Positions 7,431-16,287 of a stretch of 17,481 bases of DNA are shown in pieces. The stretch's first letter is position 1, and every line of letters begins with the position of its first letter. Source of the stretch: Gemmatimonadota bacterium (GTDB lineage Bacteria > Gemmatimonadota > Gemmatimonadetes > Gemmatimonadales > GWC2-71-9). Under the pieces are notes generated by a model. The model saw only the letters and a program-made list of their open reading frames with translations, did not search any database and was not told where the DNA came from. The translations under genes and the position numbers were made by a program. Location: NCBI GenBank assembly GCA_039591655.1, contig JBDHDE010000053.1:1-17481 (forward strand), written 5' to 3'.

Positions 7431-8708
7431 ATGGCGAAGACGCATTCAATGGAACCCTTGCTTGCCGAGCTCACCTGGCGCGGGCTGGTGGAGAACCTGA
7501 CACCGGGGCTCAAGGAGCGCCTGGCGCAGGGCCCCATCACCGGCTACGTGGGCTTCGACCCGACTGCTCCGAGCCTCCAGATCGGCAACCTGGTACCCGT
7601 CGTGCTGCTGGCGCATCTCCAGCGGGCCGGCGGCAAGCCCATCGTGGTCATCGGCGCCGGCACCGGCATGATCGGCGACCCCAGTGGCAAGCGCTCGGAG
7701 CGCCCCCTGCTGGAGGAGTCGGCCATCCAAGAGAACGCCGACCGCCAGCGCCGCCAGTTGGAGCGCTTCCTCGACTTCACCTCGGGCCCCCAGAGGGCCG
7801 AAGTCGTGAACAATGCCGACTGGCTCACGCAGCTCAACCTCGTGTCGTTCTTGAGAGACATCGGGAAGCACTTCACGCTGTCGTATATGCTCCAGAAGGA
7901 GTCGGTGAAGAGCCGCCTGGAGGAGGGGATCTCCTACACCGAGTTCAGCTACATGATGCTCCAGGCCTACGACTTCCTCCAGCTCTACCGGCACAACGGC
8001 TGCGAGCTGCAACTGGGGGGGTCGGATCAGTGGGGCAACATCACCGCCGGGCGTGAGCTGATTCGCCGCGTAGAGGGGGGTGAGGCCCACGGGCTCACCG
8101 CACCGCTCCTCACCGCATCCGGGGGCAGCAAGTTCGGCAAGACCGAGGAAGGCAGCGTCTGGCTCGATCCGGAGATGACCTCGCCGTACCGCTTCCACCA
8201 GTTCTGGGTCAACGTGGACGACCGGGACGTGATGTCGTACCTCCGGACGCTCACCTTCCTGTCGCGGGACGAGATCGGCGATCTGTCGGAGCAGCATGCG
8301 GGGAGCCCCGAGGCGCGCCTCCCGCACAAGGCGCTGGCCGACGACGTCACCGCCCGCGTCCACGGGGAGCAGGCCGCCGCGAGCGCGGAAGCGGCGTCAC
8401 GGGTCATGTTCGGCGAGATGGACCCCGGTGCGGCCGATGCGGCCACGTGGGAGATGCTGTCACGGGAGCTACCGAGCGGGGAGATCACCATTGCCGACGA
8501 GATCCCGGCGGTGGAGCTGGTGGCCGAGTCGAGCCTCGCCAAGTCGAAGAGCGACGCTCGGCGGCTGTTGCAGCAGGGCGGCGTGTCGCTGAACGGCGAG
8601 GCGCTGGGAGCGGACGCCGTCGTGAGCCGCGACCGGCTCCTGGCGGGTGGCTACCTCTGGCTCAGACGGGGGAAGAAGGCCGACTTCATCTTCCGAGCCG
8701 TGCTCTGA
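7431..8708 (+). CDS. tyrS: Tyrosine--tRNA ligase
   Basis: YVGFDPTA, IGDPSGK, SYTEFSY.MLQAYDF, QLGGSDQWGNI, KFGKT (KMSKS equivalent) and a C-terminal S4 domain (SKSDARRLLQQGGV...RRGKK). The HIGH motif reads QIGN. An alternative start is ATG 7449. Confidence 0.98.
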   Translation: MAKTHSMEPLLAELTWRGLVENLTPGLKERLAQGPITGYVGFDPTAPSLQIGNLVPVVLLAHLQRAGGKPIVVIGAGTGMIGDPSGKRSERPLLEESAIQENADRQRRQLERFLDFTSGPQRAEVVNNADWLTQLNLVSFLRDIGKHFTLSYMLQKESVKSRLEEGISYTEFSYMMLQAYDFLQLYRHNGCELQLGGSDQWGNITAGRELIRRVEGGEAHGLTAPLLTASGGSKFGKTEEGSVWLDPEMTSPYRFHQFWVNVDDRDVMSYLRTLTFLSRDEIGDLSEQHAGSPEARLPHKALADDVTARVHGEQAAASAEAASRVMFGEMDPGAADAATWEMLSRELPSGEITIADEIPAVELVAESSLAKSKSDARRLLQQGGVSLNGEALGADAVVSRDRLLAGGYLWLRRGKKADFIFRAVL

Positions 8709-9111
8709 TCTGCTCGGCCATGGCGTCGAGCTCCGCTCGTGACGCCTCCTGCGGGTAGGACTTGGGAAACCGCAGCCCGAAGCTGTCGTCCTCGAACCGC
8801 GGCAGGACGTGCAGGTGGAGGTGGAACACCTCCTGTCCCGCCGCACTGCCGTTCGCCGTCCACACATTGAACCCCGCGGCATCGGTGGCCGCCACCACCG
8901 CCGACCCCAGTCGGGCGCTCAGCGCGAAGAGCCGACCGGCCAGGGCCGCGGGGCACGATGCGAGGTCGTCCACGTGGGCCCGGGGAATGACCAGCGTGTG
9001 CCCGGCGTGCACTGGGAAGAGATCGAGGAATGCCACCGCCTCGTCGTCTTCATACACGACGCTGCGGGGCGCGGTACGCTCCAGGATCGCGCAGAATACG
9101 CAGTTCGCCAT
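8686..9111 (-). CDS. HIT family nucleotide hydrolase
   Basis: MANCVFC (Zn CxxC), AFLD..P...GHTLVIP and GQEVFHLHLHVLPR (HxHxH). The ATG at 9111 overlaps the upstream TGA; the 3' end overlaps tyrS convergently by 23 nt. Confidence 0.93.
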   Translation of the reverse strand: MANCVFCAILERTAPRSVVYEDDEAVAFLDLFPVHAGHTLVIPRAHVDDLASCPAALAGRLFALSARLGSAVVAATDAAGFNVWTANGSAAGQEVFHLHLHVLPRFEDDSFGLRFPKSYPQEASRAELDAMAEQIRARLGR

Positions 9112-10295
9112 CACCGCGACCGCAGGATGTCCACCACCCGCTCGATCTCTTCGACGGTGTTGTAGCAATGGGGCGAGAGCCGGATGGATCCCTCCCGCAG
9201 GGCGCCGACCACACCCGCCTGATTGAGCGCGTGGAATGACTCTACGGTGTGCGGCGTCTTCACGCACACTATGGAGCTCTCGTGCACCCCGTCGCTGGGC
9301 GAGCAGAGCGCGAGCTCGGCTCTCTCAGCGGCCTCACGCAACGGCCGGCGCACCTCGCACAGATACGCCTGGATGCGATCGATGCCCAGCTCCAGGAGCA
9401 GCTTGATGCTCTCCGTCAGCGCGGCCATTTCCTGGAACGCCGGGGTGCTCAGCTCGAACCGCCGAGCGTCCTTGCGGAAGGTCGCGTCGTAGTCGGTGAG
9501 GTGGGAGAAGTCGTCGGTTCCCTCGAAGGAGAGCCAGCCGGCGTAAGCCGGCACCAGCGTCTCGACCAGCTCCCGCCGCACGTACACGAACCCCGATCCC
9601 CAGGGCGAGAGCAGCCACTTCTGGCCGCCGGCGGCGAGGATGTCCACCGCGGTGCGCTTCACGTCGAAGGGCACCTGCCCCAGGGCCTGGATCGCGTCCA
9701 CGACCAGGAAGGTCCCGTTCTCGCGGCACGCGGCGCCCAGGCAGTCCAGGCTGGCGCGGTACCCGCTGGAGAACTGCACCGACGAGATCGCCAGCACCCG
9801 GACCCGGGGGTCCTTCAAGCGCTCCAGCAGATACCCCTCGCTGGGCCATCCCTCCGCCGTGGTCGGCGCGAGCTCCACGTCCACCCCGCGCTCTCGCAGC
9901 AGGAGCCAGGGGTACACGTTGGCTGGGAATTCCCGGTCCGATACCAGGACCGTCTCTCCGGGCTCGATGGGCAGGGCGCAGGCGGCCGTGTTGAGGCCGA
10001 AGCTGGTGTTGGAGACCAGCGCGATCTCCTCGACGTCCGCATTGAGGAGGCGCGCCACCGTCGCGCGAGCCTCCGTGAGGACCGCCAGCAGCTCCTGGTG
10101 GGTTATTAGATGGGGGGCCGCCCGCCGGGCGGTGAAGGCATCCAGCACCCGGCGCGTGCGCTCCGGCAGCGGGCCGATGCTCGCATTGTTCAGGTAGGTG
10201 GTCTCCGCCGTCCACGGAAACTCCTCCTTCCTGAGTCGGCGGACCGCTTGGGCAAGCCCGGAGGGCGCCGAGGCGCCGACGTTGCTGTCAGTCAC
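9111..10295 (-). CDS. Aminotransferase class V-fold PLP-dependent enzyme
   Basis: YLNNASIGP, EFPANVYPW, VVDAIQ, GGQKWL (PLP Lys), RRFE and IRLSPH. No SufS/IscS catalytic-Cys loop. Start at GTG 10295 is tentative. Confidence 0.88.
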   Translation of the reverse strand: MTDSNVGASAPSGLAQAVRRLRKEEFPWTAETTYLNNASIGPLPERTRRVLDAFTARRAAPHLITHQELLAVLTEARATVARLLNADVEEIALVSNTSFGLNTAACALPIEPGETVLVSDREFPANVYPWLLLRERGVDVELAPTTAEGWPSEGYLLERLKDPRVRVLAISSVQFSSGYRASLDCLGAACRENGTFLVVDAIQALGQVPFDVKRTAVDILAAGGQKWLLSPWGSGFVYVRRELVETLVPAYAGWLSFEGTDDFSHLTDYDATFRKDARRFELSTPAFQEMAALTESIKLLLELGIDRIQAYLCEVRRPLREAAERAELALCSPSDGVHESSIVCVKTPHTVESFHALNQAGVVGALREGSIRLSPHCYNTVEEIERVVDILRSR

Positions 10296-10404
10296 GACAC
10301 CTGCGTAGCATTGAGGGTGTAGGGAGCCATGCCGGCTCTGACAAAGGTAGCTAGGAGTGGCGGCCGGCGGCCACGCTCGGAAGCCCCTCTTCGGAGGTGG
10401 GGAC

Positions 10405-11466
10405 GTGACTCGAAGACAACGGGATTTCACGCTCGTGCTGGGCGGCGGCGGGATGAAAGGGCTCGCCCACGTGGGCGTGCTGGCCGCCCTCGAGGAGCTC
10501 GAGTTCCTGCCGGCGGAGGTGGTGGGCTCGAGCATCGGAGCGCTGATCGGCGGCGCCTGGTGCTCCGGCAGCAAGGCGAGCGACATCAAGGAGCTCGCCG
10601 TGCATGTGAAGCAGAGCGACCTCTTCCGCCTCGCGCACCGGGACATGGCCCTCAAGCGACTGCGGTCGCCGGGGCTGTACCGCAAGGAGCCGCTGGAGCA
10701 CGTGGTCCGGGGCATGCTCGGCGAGGTCACGTTTCAAGAGCTGCGGCGTCCCCTCCTGGTCAACACCGTTGACGTGAACACCGGAACCCAGGTCCTCTGG
10801 GGAGCGCCCGGGCTGGACGACGTGCCGGTTGCCGACGCCGTCCTGGCGTCCTGCGCGCTCCCCGGCTACCTGCCGCCTCACGAGATCCGCGGACGGCACT
10901 TCGTGGACGGGGCCGCCGTCTCGAACCTGCCGGTGGGCGCCGTCACCGCCCGGGAGCGCGATCTGGTAGTGGCCGCGGACGTGGGATCCAGTGGCGTGCT
11001 CAAGGCCGACATGCACGTCGCGGGATTCGCCGCCGTGTACGCCCGCGCCATCGAGATCGCCATCGAGAACCGGCGGACCAGCGTGCTGCGGTTGTGGGAC
11101 CGCCCCCCAATGCTCCTGATTCAGCCGCGGGTGGAGCAGTTCGGGATGTTCTCCTTCGGCCACAACCGAGAGCTCATCGACGAGGGGTATCGGGCGACCA
11201 AGGAGCTCCTGAGCGATGAAGCGAACATCCCCGACCCCGAGGCCCGCGGCGTCCATCCGCGGCGGCGCTATGCGGTGAGCGTGGACCGGGAGCACTGCAT
11301 CGGCTGCGGCGCCTGCCTGGTGCACGGACCGCCGGGGCTGTTCGAACTCGATGGGGACGGCAAGGCAATCGCAACGGCCGACGAGCAGGAGTGGTCGCCG
11401 GTGGAGATGGACTTCGTGCGACAGTGCCCAACCTACGCGATCGAGGTGCATCCGGCGGAAGATTGA
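10405..11466 (+). CDS. Patatin-like phospholipase/esterase with C-terminal monocluster ferredoxin domain
   Basis: LGGGGMKG oxyanion loop, GSSIG nucleophile elbow and DGA catalytic Asp; C-terminal VDREHCIGCGAC...CPTYAI. GTG at 10405 follows a GGAGGT SD. Confidence 0.9.
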   Translation: MTRRQRDFTLVLGGGGMKGLAHVGVLAALEELEFLPAEVVGSSIGALIGGAWCSGSKASDIKELAVHVKQSDLFRLAHRDMALKRLRSPGLYRKEPLEHVVRGMLGEVTFQELRRPLLVNTVDVNTGTQVLWGAPGLDDVPVADAVLASCALPGYLPPHEIRGRHFVDGAAVSNLPVGAVTARERDLVVAADVGSSGVLKADMHVAGFAAVYARAIEIAIENRRTSVLRLWDRPPMLLIQPRVEQFGMFSFGHNRELIDEGYRATKELLSDEANIPDPEARGVHPRRRYAVSVDREHCIGCGACLVHGPPGLFELDGDGKAIATADEQEWSPVEMDFVRQCPTYAIEVHPAED

Positions 11467-11488
11467 CGGCCCAGCCCCTTCCCCGACC

Positions 11489-13321
11489 CTAGTCGCGCTC
11501 GCCGAGCCCCACGGCCTGCCGGCTCAGCTCGACCGAAACCAGACGCTGGTACAGGCCGCCGGCCCGGATCAGATCGCCGTGCCGGCCCTGCTCCACCAGT
11601 CGACCGCGATCCAATACGGCGATGAGGTCCGCCCGCGCCACGGTCGACAGGCGGTGCGCCACCACCAGGACCGTGCGGTTCTCCAGCAATCGCCCGATCG
11701 CCACCTGCACCAGGTGCTCCGACTCGGTATCCAGGTTCGACGTGGCCTCGTCCAGGATCAGAATCGGCGGGTCCCTGAGCAGCGCCCTGGCAATGGCGAT
11801 GCGTTGGCGCTCGCCGCCCGAGAGCCTCATGCCCCGCTCCCCCAGCAGCGTGTCATAGCCCTGAGGCAGCCGCTCGATGAAGTGGTGTGCGTTCGCGGCC
11901 TTGGCCGCCTGGTGCACCGCTGCTTCGCTCGCCTCGGCCTGCTCCCCGTAGGCGATGTTGTTCCGCACCGAGTCGTTGAAGATCACGGTGTGCTGGCTCA
12001 CGATACCGAGAGCACCGCGTAGGGACCGGCGGCCGTACCGCGAGAGCGCGGTCCCGTCCACCAGGATCTCGCCTGCCTGTGGCTCGATGAACCGGGGCAG
12101 GAGATCCACCAAGGTCGACTTCCCCGCGCCCGAGGGACCCACCAGCGCCACGACCTCCCCGCGCCGCACCGTGAGATCCACCCCCCGCAGAACCCAGTCG
12201 TCCCCCTCGTAAGCCACCCACACGTCGCGGAACACGATGGCCCGCTCCAGTCCGGGGAAGACGGCGGCACCCGGGGGGTCCACGTCGTCCGGCGCCCGGT
12301 CCAGCACCTCGAACACCCGCGCCGCCGCTCCGAGGGAATGCTCCGCCAGAGCCGGGAACTGAGACAAACGCTTGACGGGCGGCAGCAACCGCAGGGACAC
12401 CGCCAGGAACGTGACCAGCACCTCGGGGCGCAGGCCATCCGGGCCGGCGCCGGCCCCCGCAGCGGCCACCAGCAGCAAGACGAAGACGACGGCCCCCAGG
12501 GTCTCGCTCACGGGACTGGCGAGCACGGAGAGCCATCGGGCCTTGAGGATGCCTCGGAAGTAGCGCTCCACGGCTGCGGTGAACCGGCGGCGCTCGTATG
12601 CCTCGGCGCCGTGGGCCTTGACCACCCGCGCCCCCTCCACGGTCTCGCTCATGATGGCGGTCAGCTCGCCGCGCTCGTCCAGGGCCGTGCGAATGCGCGA
12701 GCGCATCCGCCCCAGGATCGGGCGCAGCGCCAGGACGACCGCGGGAGCGAGCACCAGAGTGACCAGGGCCAGGCGCCATGAGAGCGCGAACAGGAAGACC
12801 ACGTAGACCGCGATGAGCAACACGTGCTGCAGCGCAGACACCAAGGCCGCGCTCACCATCTCCTTCGCCTCGTCGGTGTCGGCCACCATGCGGCTGAGGA
12901 GCTGGCCCCCTTTCATCCGCTGGAAGAAGCCGAGCCCGAGCCGCTGCACGTGGGCGTACAGGGCGGTGCGGAGATCCCGCGCCACACCTTCCTGGATGAC
13001 CTGGCCCAGATACGCGGCCACGAAAGCGGCCGCGTTCTTGACCATGACCGTGGCCAGGATCAGCAGCACCACGTTGCGGAACGCCGCCCCGGGATCGCCG
13101 GGCGCCAGCCACGCACCCCACACGAGCGCCAGTCCCCGCTCCAGCACCGTAGGGGCCTCGGCCAACGCCGAGCTCGCCCCGAAGAGGAGTCGCAGCAGCG
13201 GGATCAACAGCGCCAGCGTCACGCCGTCGAGCAGCGACGCGATGACGGCCGTGACGAAGCCGGCGACGAACAGGATGCGGTAGGGGCGGATGTATCCCAG
13301 CAGCCGCCGGTAGCGGCGCAT
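11489..13321 (-). CDS. MsbA-like ABC exporter (fused TMD-NBD)
   Basis: Multi-TM N-terminal domain; GPSGAGKST Walker A, LSGGERQR signature, ILILDEATS Walker B and AHRLS. ATG at 13321 overlaps the upstream TGA. Confidence 0.93.
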   Translation of the reverse strand: MRRYRRLLGYIRPYRILFVAGFVTAVIASLLDGVTLALLIPLLRLLFGASSALAEAPTVLERGLALVWGAWLAPGDPGAAFRNVVLLILATVMVKNAAAFVAAYLGQVIQEGVARDLRTALYAHVQRLGLGFFQRMKGGQLLSRMVADTDEAKEMVSAALVSALQHVLLIAVYVVFLFALSWRLALVTLVLAPAVVLALRPILGRMRSRIRTALDERGELTAIMSETVEGARVVKAHGAEAYERRRFTAAVERYFRGILKARWLSVLASPVSETLGAVVFVLLLVAAAGAGAGPDGLRPEVLVTFLAVSLRLLPPVKRLSQFPALAEHSLGAAARVFEVLDRAPDDVDPPGAAVFPGLERAIVFRDVWVAYEGDDWVLRGVDLTVRRGEVVALVGPSGAGKSTLVDLLPRFIEPQAGEILVDGTALSRYGRRSLRGALGIVSQHTVIFNDSVRNNIAYGEQAEASEAAVHQAAKAANAHHFIERLPQGYDTLLGERGMRLSGGERQRIAIARALLRDPPILILDEATSNLDTESEHLVQVAIGRLLENRTVLVVAHRLSTVARADLIAVLDRGRLVEQGRHGDLIRAGGLYQRLVSVELSRQAVGLGERD

Positions 13322-14889
13322 CAACTCGCTCCGCGCGGCGTGAGGAGGGCGACGGGCAGGATGACTTCCTCTGGGGTCACCCCGCCGTGCAGGAACGAGC
13401 CCCGATATCGGGCCTGGTATTCCCGCAGCTTGGTTGGGTAAACGAAGAACCGATCGCCGGTGGCCATGAGCAGCCGCACGCCGAGACGCCTCTTGGGAAG
13501 ACCCCACGCTTGGAGGTCGTCCACCCTGATGGCCGTGGACGGCTTCTCCGCCCGCAGATCCTCGCCGAACTTGTACCGCAGGTTGGCAGTGGCGTCGCGC
13601 TTGGCGAACACGGTGGCCGGCGTATGGCAGTGAATCGACCCGTGGTCGGTGGTGAGCAGGACCGGCACGCCGCGTCGTTCCGCCTCCCGGAGGGTCTTGA
13701 ACAGGGCGGAGTCGTCGAACCAGGTGGCGGTGACGCTCCGCAGCGCCTGGGAGTCCCGGGCCACTTCGTAGAGGATCGCGCTCTCGGCCCGACCGTGTGT
13801 CAGCTGATCGATGAAGTTGAACACGAGAGCCGTCACGCCGGGTTGCGACAGATACCCGGGAACGCGCTTCACCAGAGCCTCGCCCTCCGACGCCGTGGCC
13901 AGCTTCTCGTACCGTACCGGTACCGAGTCGCCCACCAGCTCCTTGAGCTGCTCGGTGAGTAGCTCCGCCTCGTGGGCGTTGAGGCTCTCGTCGTCGCGCT
14001 CGGCCCACCATTCTGGGTGGCGCGTTTTGATCTCCACCGGAAAGAGTCCGCTGAAGATGGCGTTGCGGGAGAACGGCGTCGCGGTCGGGAGAATGCTGTA
14101 GTAATAGGACTCCTCGACGTCGAACAACTCCGTGATCCGAGGCTTCAGCAGCTCCCACTGATCCAGCCGCAGACAGTCCACGACCACGAACAGCACGCTG
14201 TTGTGGGTCTCCATCAGTGGCTGGAGGAACTCACTGCACACGTCCACCGAGAGGGGCGGCCGGTCACCCTCGGGATTGGCCAGCCACTGCGGATAGTGCG
14301 ACCCGATGTACTCCGCGAAGTCGTCGTGCAGGCTCATCTGGAACGACTCGAGGGCGTCCTGCAGGCCCGTCTCGTCGCTCTGGCCCAGGCGGGTGTCCCA
14401 TTGGAAGGTCTCCACCGCCAGCTCGGTCCACTCGCGCCAGCCCAGGCGCGCCCCGCGACGCTGCTCCAGCTCCCGGAAGCGGGTGACGAAATCCCGGGCC
14501 AGGCGCTGCTGGCGGATGCGGTCGCCCTCGAGGAGCCGGGTGACCACCGTCAGCACCTGCCGCGGGTTCACGGGCTTGACGAGATAGTCGTCGAGCCGGA
14601 TCCCGATGGCCTCGTGCATGGTGGCGGCCTCCTCGCTCTTAGTCACCATCACCACGGGCACCGCGGGATCGATGGAGCGGATGTCGCCCACCAAGTCGAG
14701 GCCGCGCCGGCCGGGAAGCTGCTCGTCGAGCAGGATCGCGCCGTACGGCCGGCGCCGCAGCAGCTCGATGGCGTCGTCTCCATGCGCCGCCTGCTCGACC
14801 TCGTAGCCCTGTTCCTTGAGAAACAGGACGTGCGCGTCGAGGGACTCGATCTCGTCGTCGACCCAGAGGATCGTCTTGGGACGGGGCAT
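13321..14889 (-). CDS. PorX-like bifunctional response regulator / PglZ (alkaline phosphatase-fold) protein
   Basis: Receiver: WVDDE, LLDEQLPG, VTKSEE, KPVNP. PglZ: VVDCLRLDQW, LPTATPFSRNAIFSG, FIDQLTH, TTDHG, HGG. ATG at 14889. Confidence 0.9.
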   Translation of the reverse strand: MPRPKTILWVDDEIESLDAHVLFLKEQGYEVEQAAHGDDAIELLRRRPYGAILLDEQLPGRRGLDLVGDIRSIDPAVPVVMVTKSEEAATMHEAIGIRLDDYLVKPVNPRQVLTVVTRLLEGDRIRQQRLARDFVTRFRELEQRRGARLGWREWTELAVETFQWDTRLGQSDETGLQDALESFQMSLHDDFAEYIGSHYPQWLANPEGDRPPLSVDVCSEFLQPLMETHNSVLFVVVDCLRLDQWELLKPRITELFDVEESYYYSILPTATPFSRNAIFSGLFPVEIKTRHPEWWAERDDESLNAHEAELLTEQLKELVGDSVPVRYEKLATASEGEALVKRVPGYLSQPGVTALVFNFIDQLTHGRAESAILYEVARDSQALRSVTATWFDDSALFKTLREAERRGVPVLLTTDHGSIHCHTPATVFAKRDATANLRYKFGEDLRAEKPSTAIRVDDLQAWGLPKRRLGVRLLMATGDRFFVYPTKLREYQARYRGSFLHGGVTPEEVILPVALLTPRGAS

Positions 14890-14896
14890 ACTTAGT

Positions 14897-14925
14897 AACC
14901 TAGAGCACAGCCCTGGCAGCATCAA
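14897..14925 (-). promoter_or_regulatory. Putative sigma70 promoter giving a leaderless porX-like mRNA (TTGATG-17-TAGGTT)
   Basis: TTGATG (14925-14920), 17 nt, TAGGTT (14902-14897), 7 nt, then ATG 14889. No SD upstream. Confidence 0.55.
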
Positions 14926-15006
14926 CGCGGCAGACTTGGCCGACGGCAACGGGTACCCCTAACTTGCAGTGACTCTGTCGCACCTACCGCGCCGGAACGT
15001 TCAGCC

Positions 15007-15414
15007 GTGACCGAACAGTTCTCCCTGGCCGAAGACCGCCTGCTGGAAGCTATGGCCGAGGCCGGCCGGGGACCGAAACGCAACGGGTTGTTCGCCCTGT
15101 GGCTCCTCTTGCGCCAGTGCGAGGGTCGGCTCCCGCCGAGTCCGCTGAGCCAGCGGGCCGACAGCCGCCGCCTCGAGCAGCTGGAGCGCCGCCTCAGCAG
15201 CCTCTCGCTGCCGGCGCCGCTGCGCCGGGCTCTGCCGGGCTCCCTGCGGGAGTTGAAGCTCGGCCAGATGGACAACCTCCGGGTCGCGCTCCACCAACTG
15301 GTGGCGCCGGCGCGCGACGCCATCGGCCGGGGCGCGGCGGACGCGGTGGCGCTGGCCGCCCGGAGTGCCCGCCACACGGAGCGTGACCACCTGCAGCAGG
15401 GAGGTGGGCCGTGA
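15007..15414 (+). CDS. Hypothetical, predicted all-helical protein (135 aa)
   Basis: Fills the gap before the DnaB-like gene with a GTGA overlap; Leu/Ala/Arg amphipathic helical pattern; possible promoter TTGGCC-18-TAACTT at 14936-14965. Confidence 0.7.
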   Translation: MTEQFSLAEDRLLEAMAEAGRGPKRNGLFALWLLLRQCEGRLPPSPLSQRADSRRLEQLERRLSSLSLPAPLRRALPGSLRELKLGQMDNLRVALHQLVAPARDAIGRGAADAVALAARSARHTERDHLQQGGGP

Positions 15415-16271
15415 AGGCGCCCCGACGCATCCGCCGGGATCCTCTGACGAACCTCATCAACCAGGTCGACAGCCTCCCGCCGGGTGAGTCCGGTCCCGAT
15501 ACCGTGCCCACGGGGTTCCCCTCCCTCGACCGCGTCCTGGGCGGCGGCTTCCGGCACCGTGATCTCGTCGTGCTGGGAGGCGACGTCGGCTCGGGCAAAT
15601 CGGCGCTCGCCCTGGCGATGGCCCTGCGGAGCGCAGCGGCCGGTCACCAGGTAGCGTACTTCTCAGGTGAGATGGACGACGACCGGCTCATGGAGCGGGC
15701 CGTGGCTCTCGAGGCGCGCGTCCAGGTGGACGAGATGCGCAGCGGGAACCTGTCGGAGATGGCCAGGTCGGCCGTGGGCGCAGCAGCGCTCCGGCTCAAG
15801 GACCTGCCGCTCTCGATCCACCCCATGGTCGGGCGCCAGTTCGACGAGGTCCTGGAACCGGCGTGGGAGGACGACCCGGCGCTCCTGGTGGTGGACTACC
15901 TCCAGCTGCTCCCGCCCCCTGCATCGCGCCTCACGCAGGACGAGGACTCCGCGGCGTCCGTGCGGGCCCTCAAGGCCCTGGCGCTGGACCGCCAGATCGC
16001 GCTCCTGGCGGTGGGGCAGCTCCCCCGCCACATCGCCAAACGCGACGACCCTCGGCCCTCGCTGGACGACTTCGGCACGCTGGGGGCGGTCAAGCAGCAC
16101 GCCGACATCGTGCTGGGCCTGTTCCGCGAGGAGATGTACAACCCCGGCGGCGGAGTGGAGGGCGCCACGGAGCTCATCATCGCCAAGAACCGCAACGGCC
16201 CCACCGGCTTCATCGACCTCTACTTCTATCAGCGCTGGCTGCGGTTCGAGGACATGCTCGACCCCGAGTGA
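15411..16271 (+). CDS. DnaB-like helicase C-terminal (SF4 RecA-fold ATPase) domain protein lacking the N-terminal domain
   Basis: VPTGFPSLDRVLGGG, GDVGSGKS Walker A, FSGEM, VVDYLQL Walker B, GQL and ELIIAKNRNGPTG; only 286 aa; GGGAGGT SD before the GTG. Confidence 0.9.
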   Translation: MKAPRRIRRDPLTNLINQVDSLPPGESGPDTVPTGFPSLDRVLGGGFRHRDLVVLGGDVGSGKSALALAMALRSAAAGHQVAYFSGEMDDDRLMERAVALEARVQVDEMRSGNLSEMARSAVGAAALRLKDLPLSIHPMVGRQFDEVLEPAWEDDPALLVVDYLQLLPPPASRLTQDEDSAASVRALKALALDRQIALLAVGQLPRHIAKRDDPRPSLDDFGTLGAVKQHADIVLGLFREEMYNPGGGVEGATELIIAKNRNGPTGFIDLYFYQRWLRFEDMLDPE

Positions 16272-16287
16272 GCCCGGCGGGCCGACC

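Noticed and set aside
9111..10295. Cysteine desulfurase supplying the patatin Fe-S cluster
   Set aside because: It lacks the RxGxHCA/SSGSAC catalytic-Cys loop, so it is only a generic class-V PLP enzyme.
10405..11466. CBASS CapV-type patatin effector
   Set aside because: No CD-NTase or Cap genes in the window; housekeeping context.
13321..16271. BREX/Pgl defence system (PglZ next to an ATPase)
   Set aside because: The PglZ domain is in the receiver-fused PorX architecture, the ATPase is DnaB-like and divergently transcribed, and there is no BrxC, PglX or BrxL.
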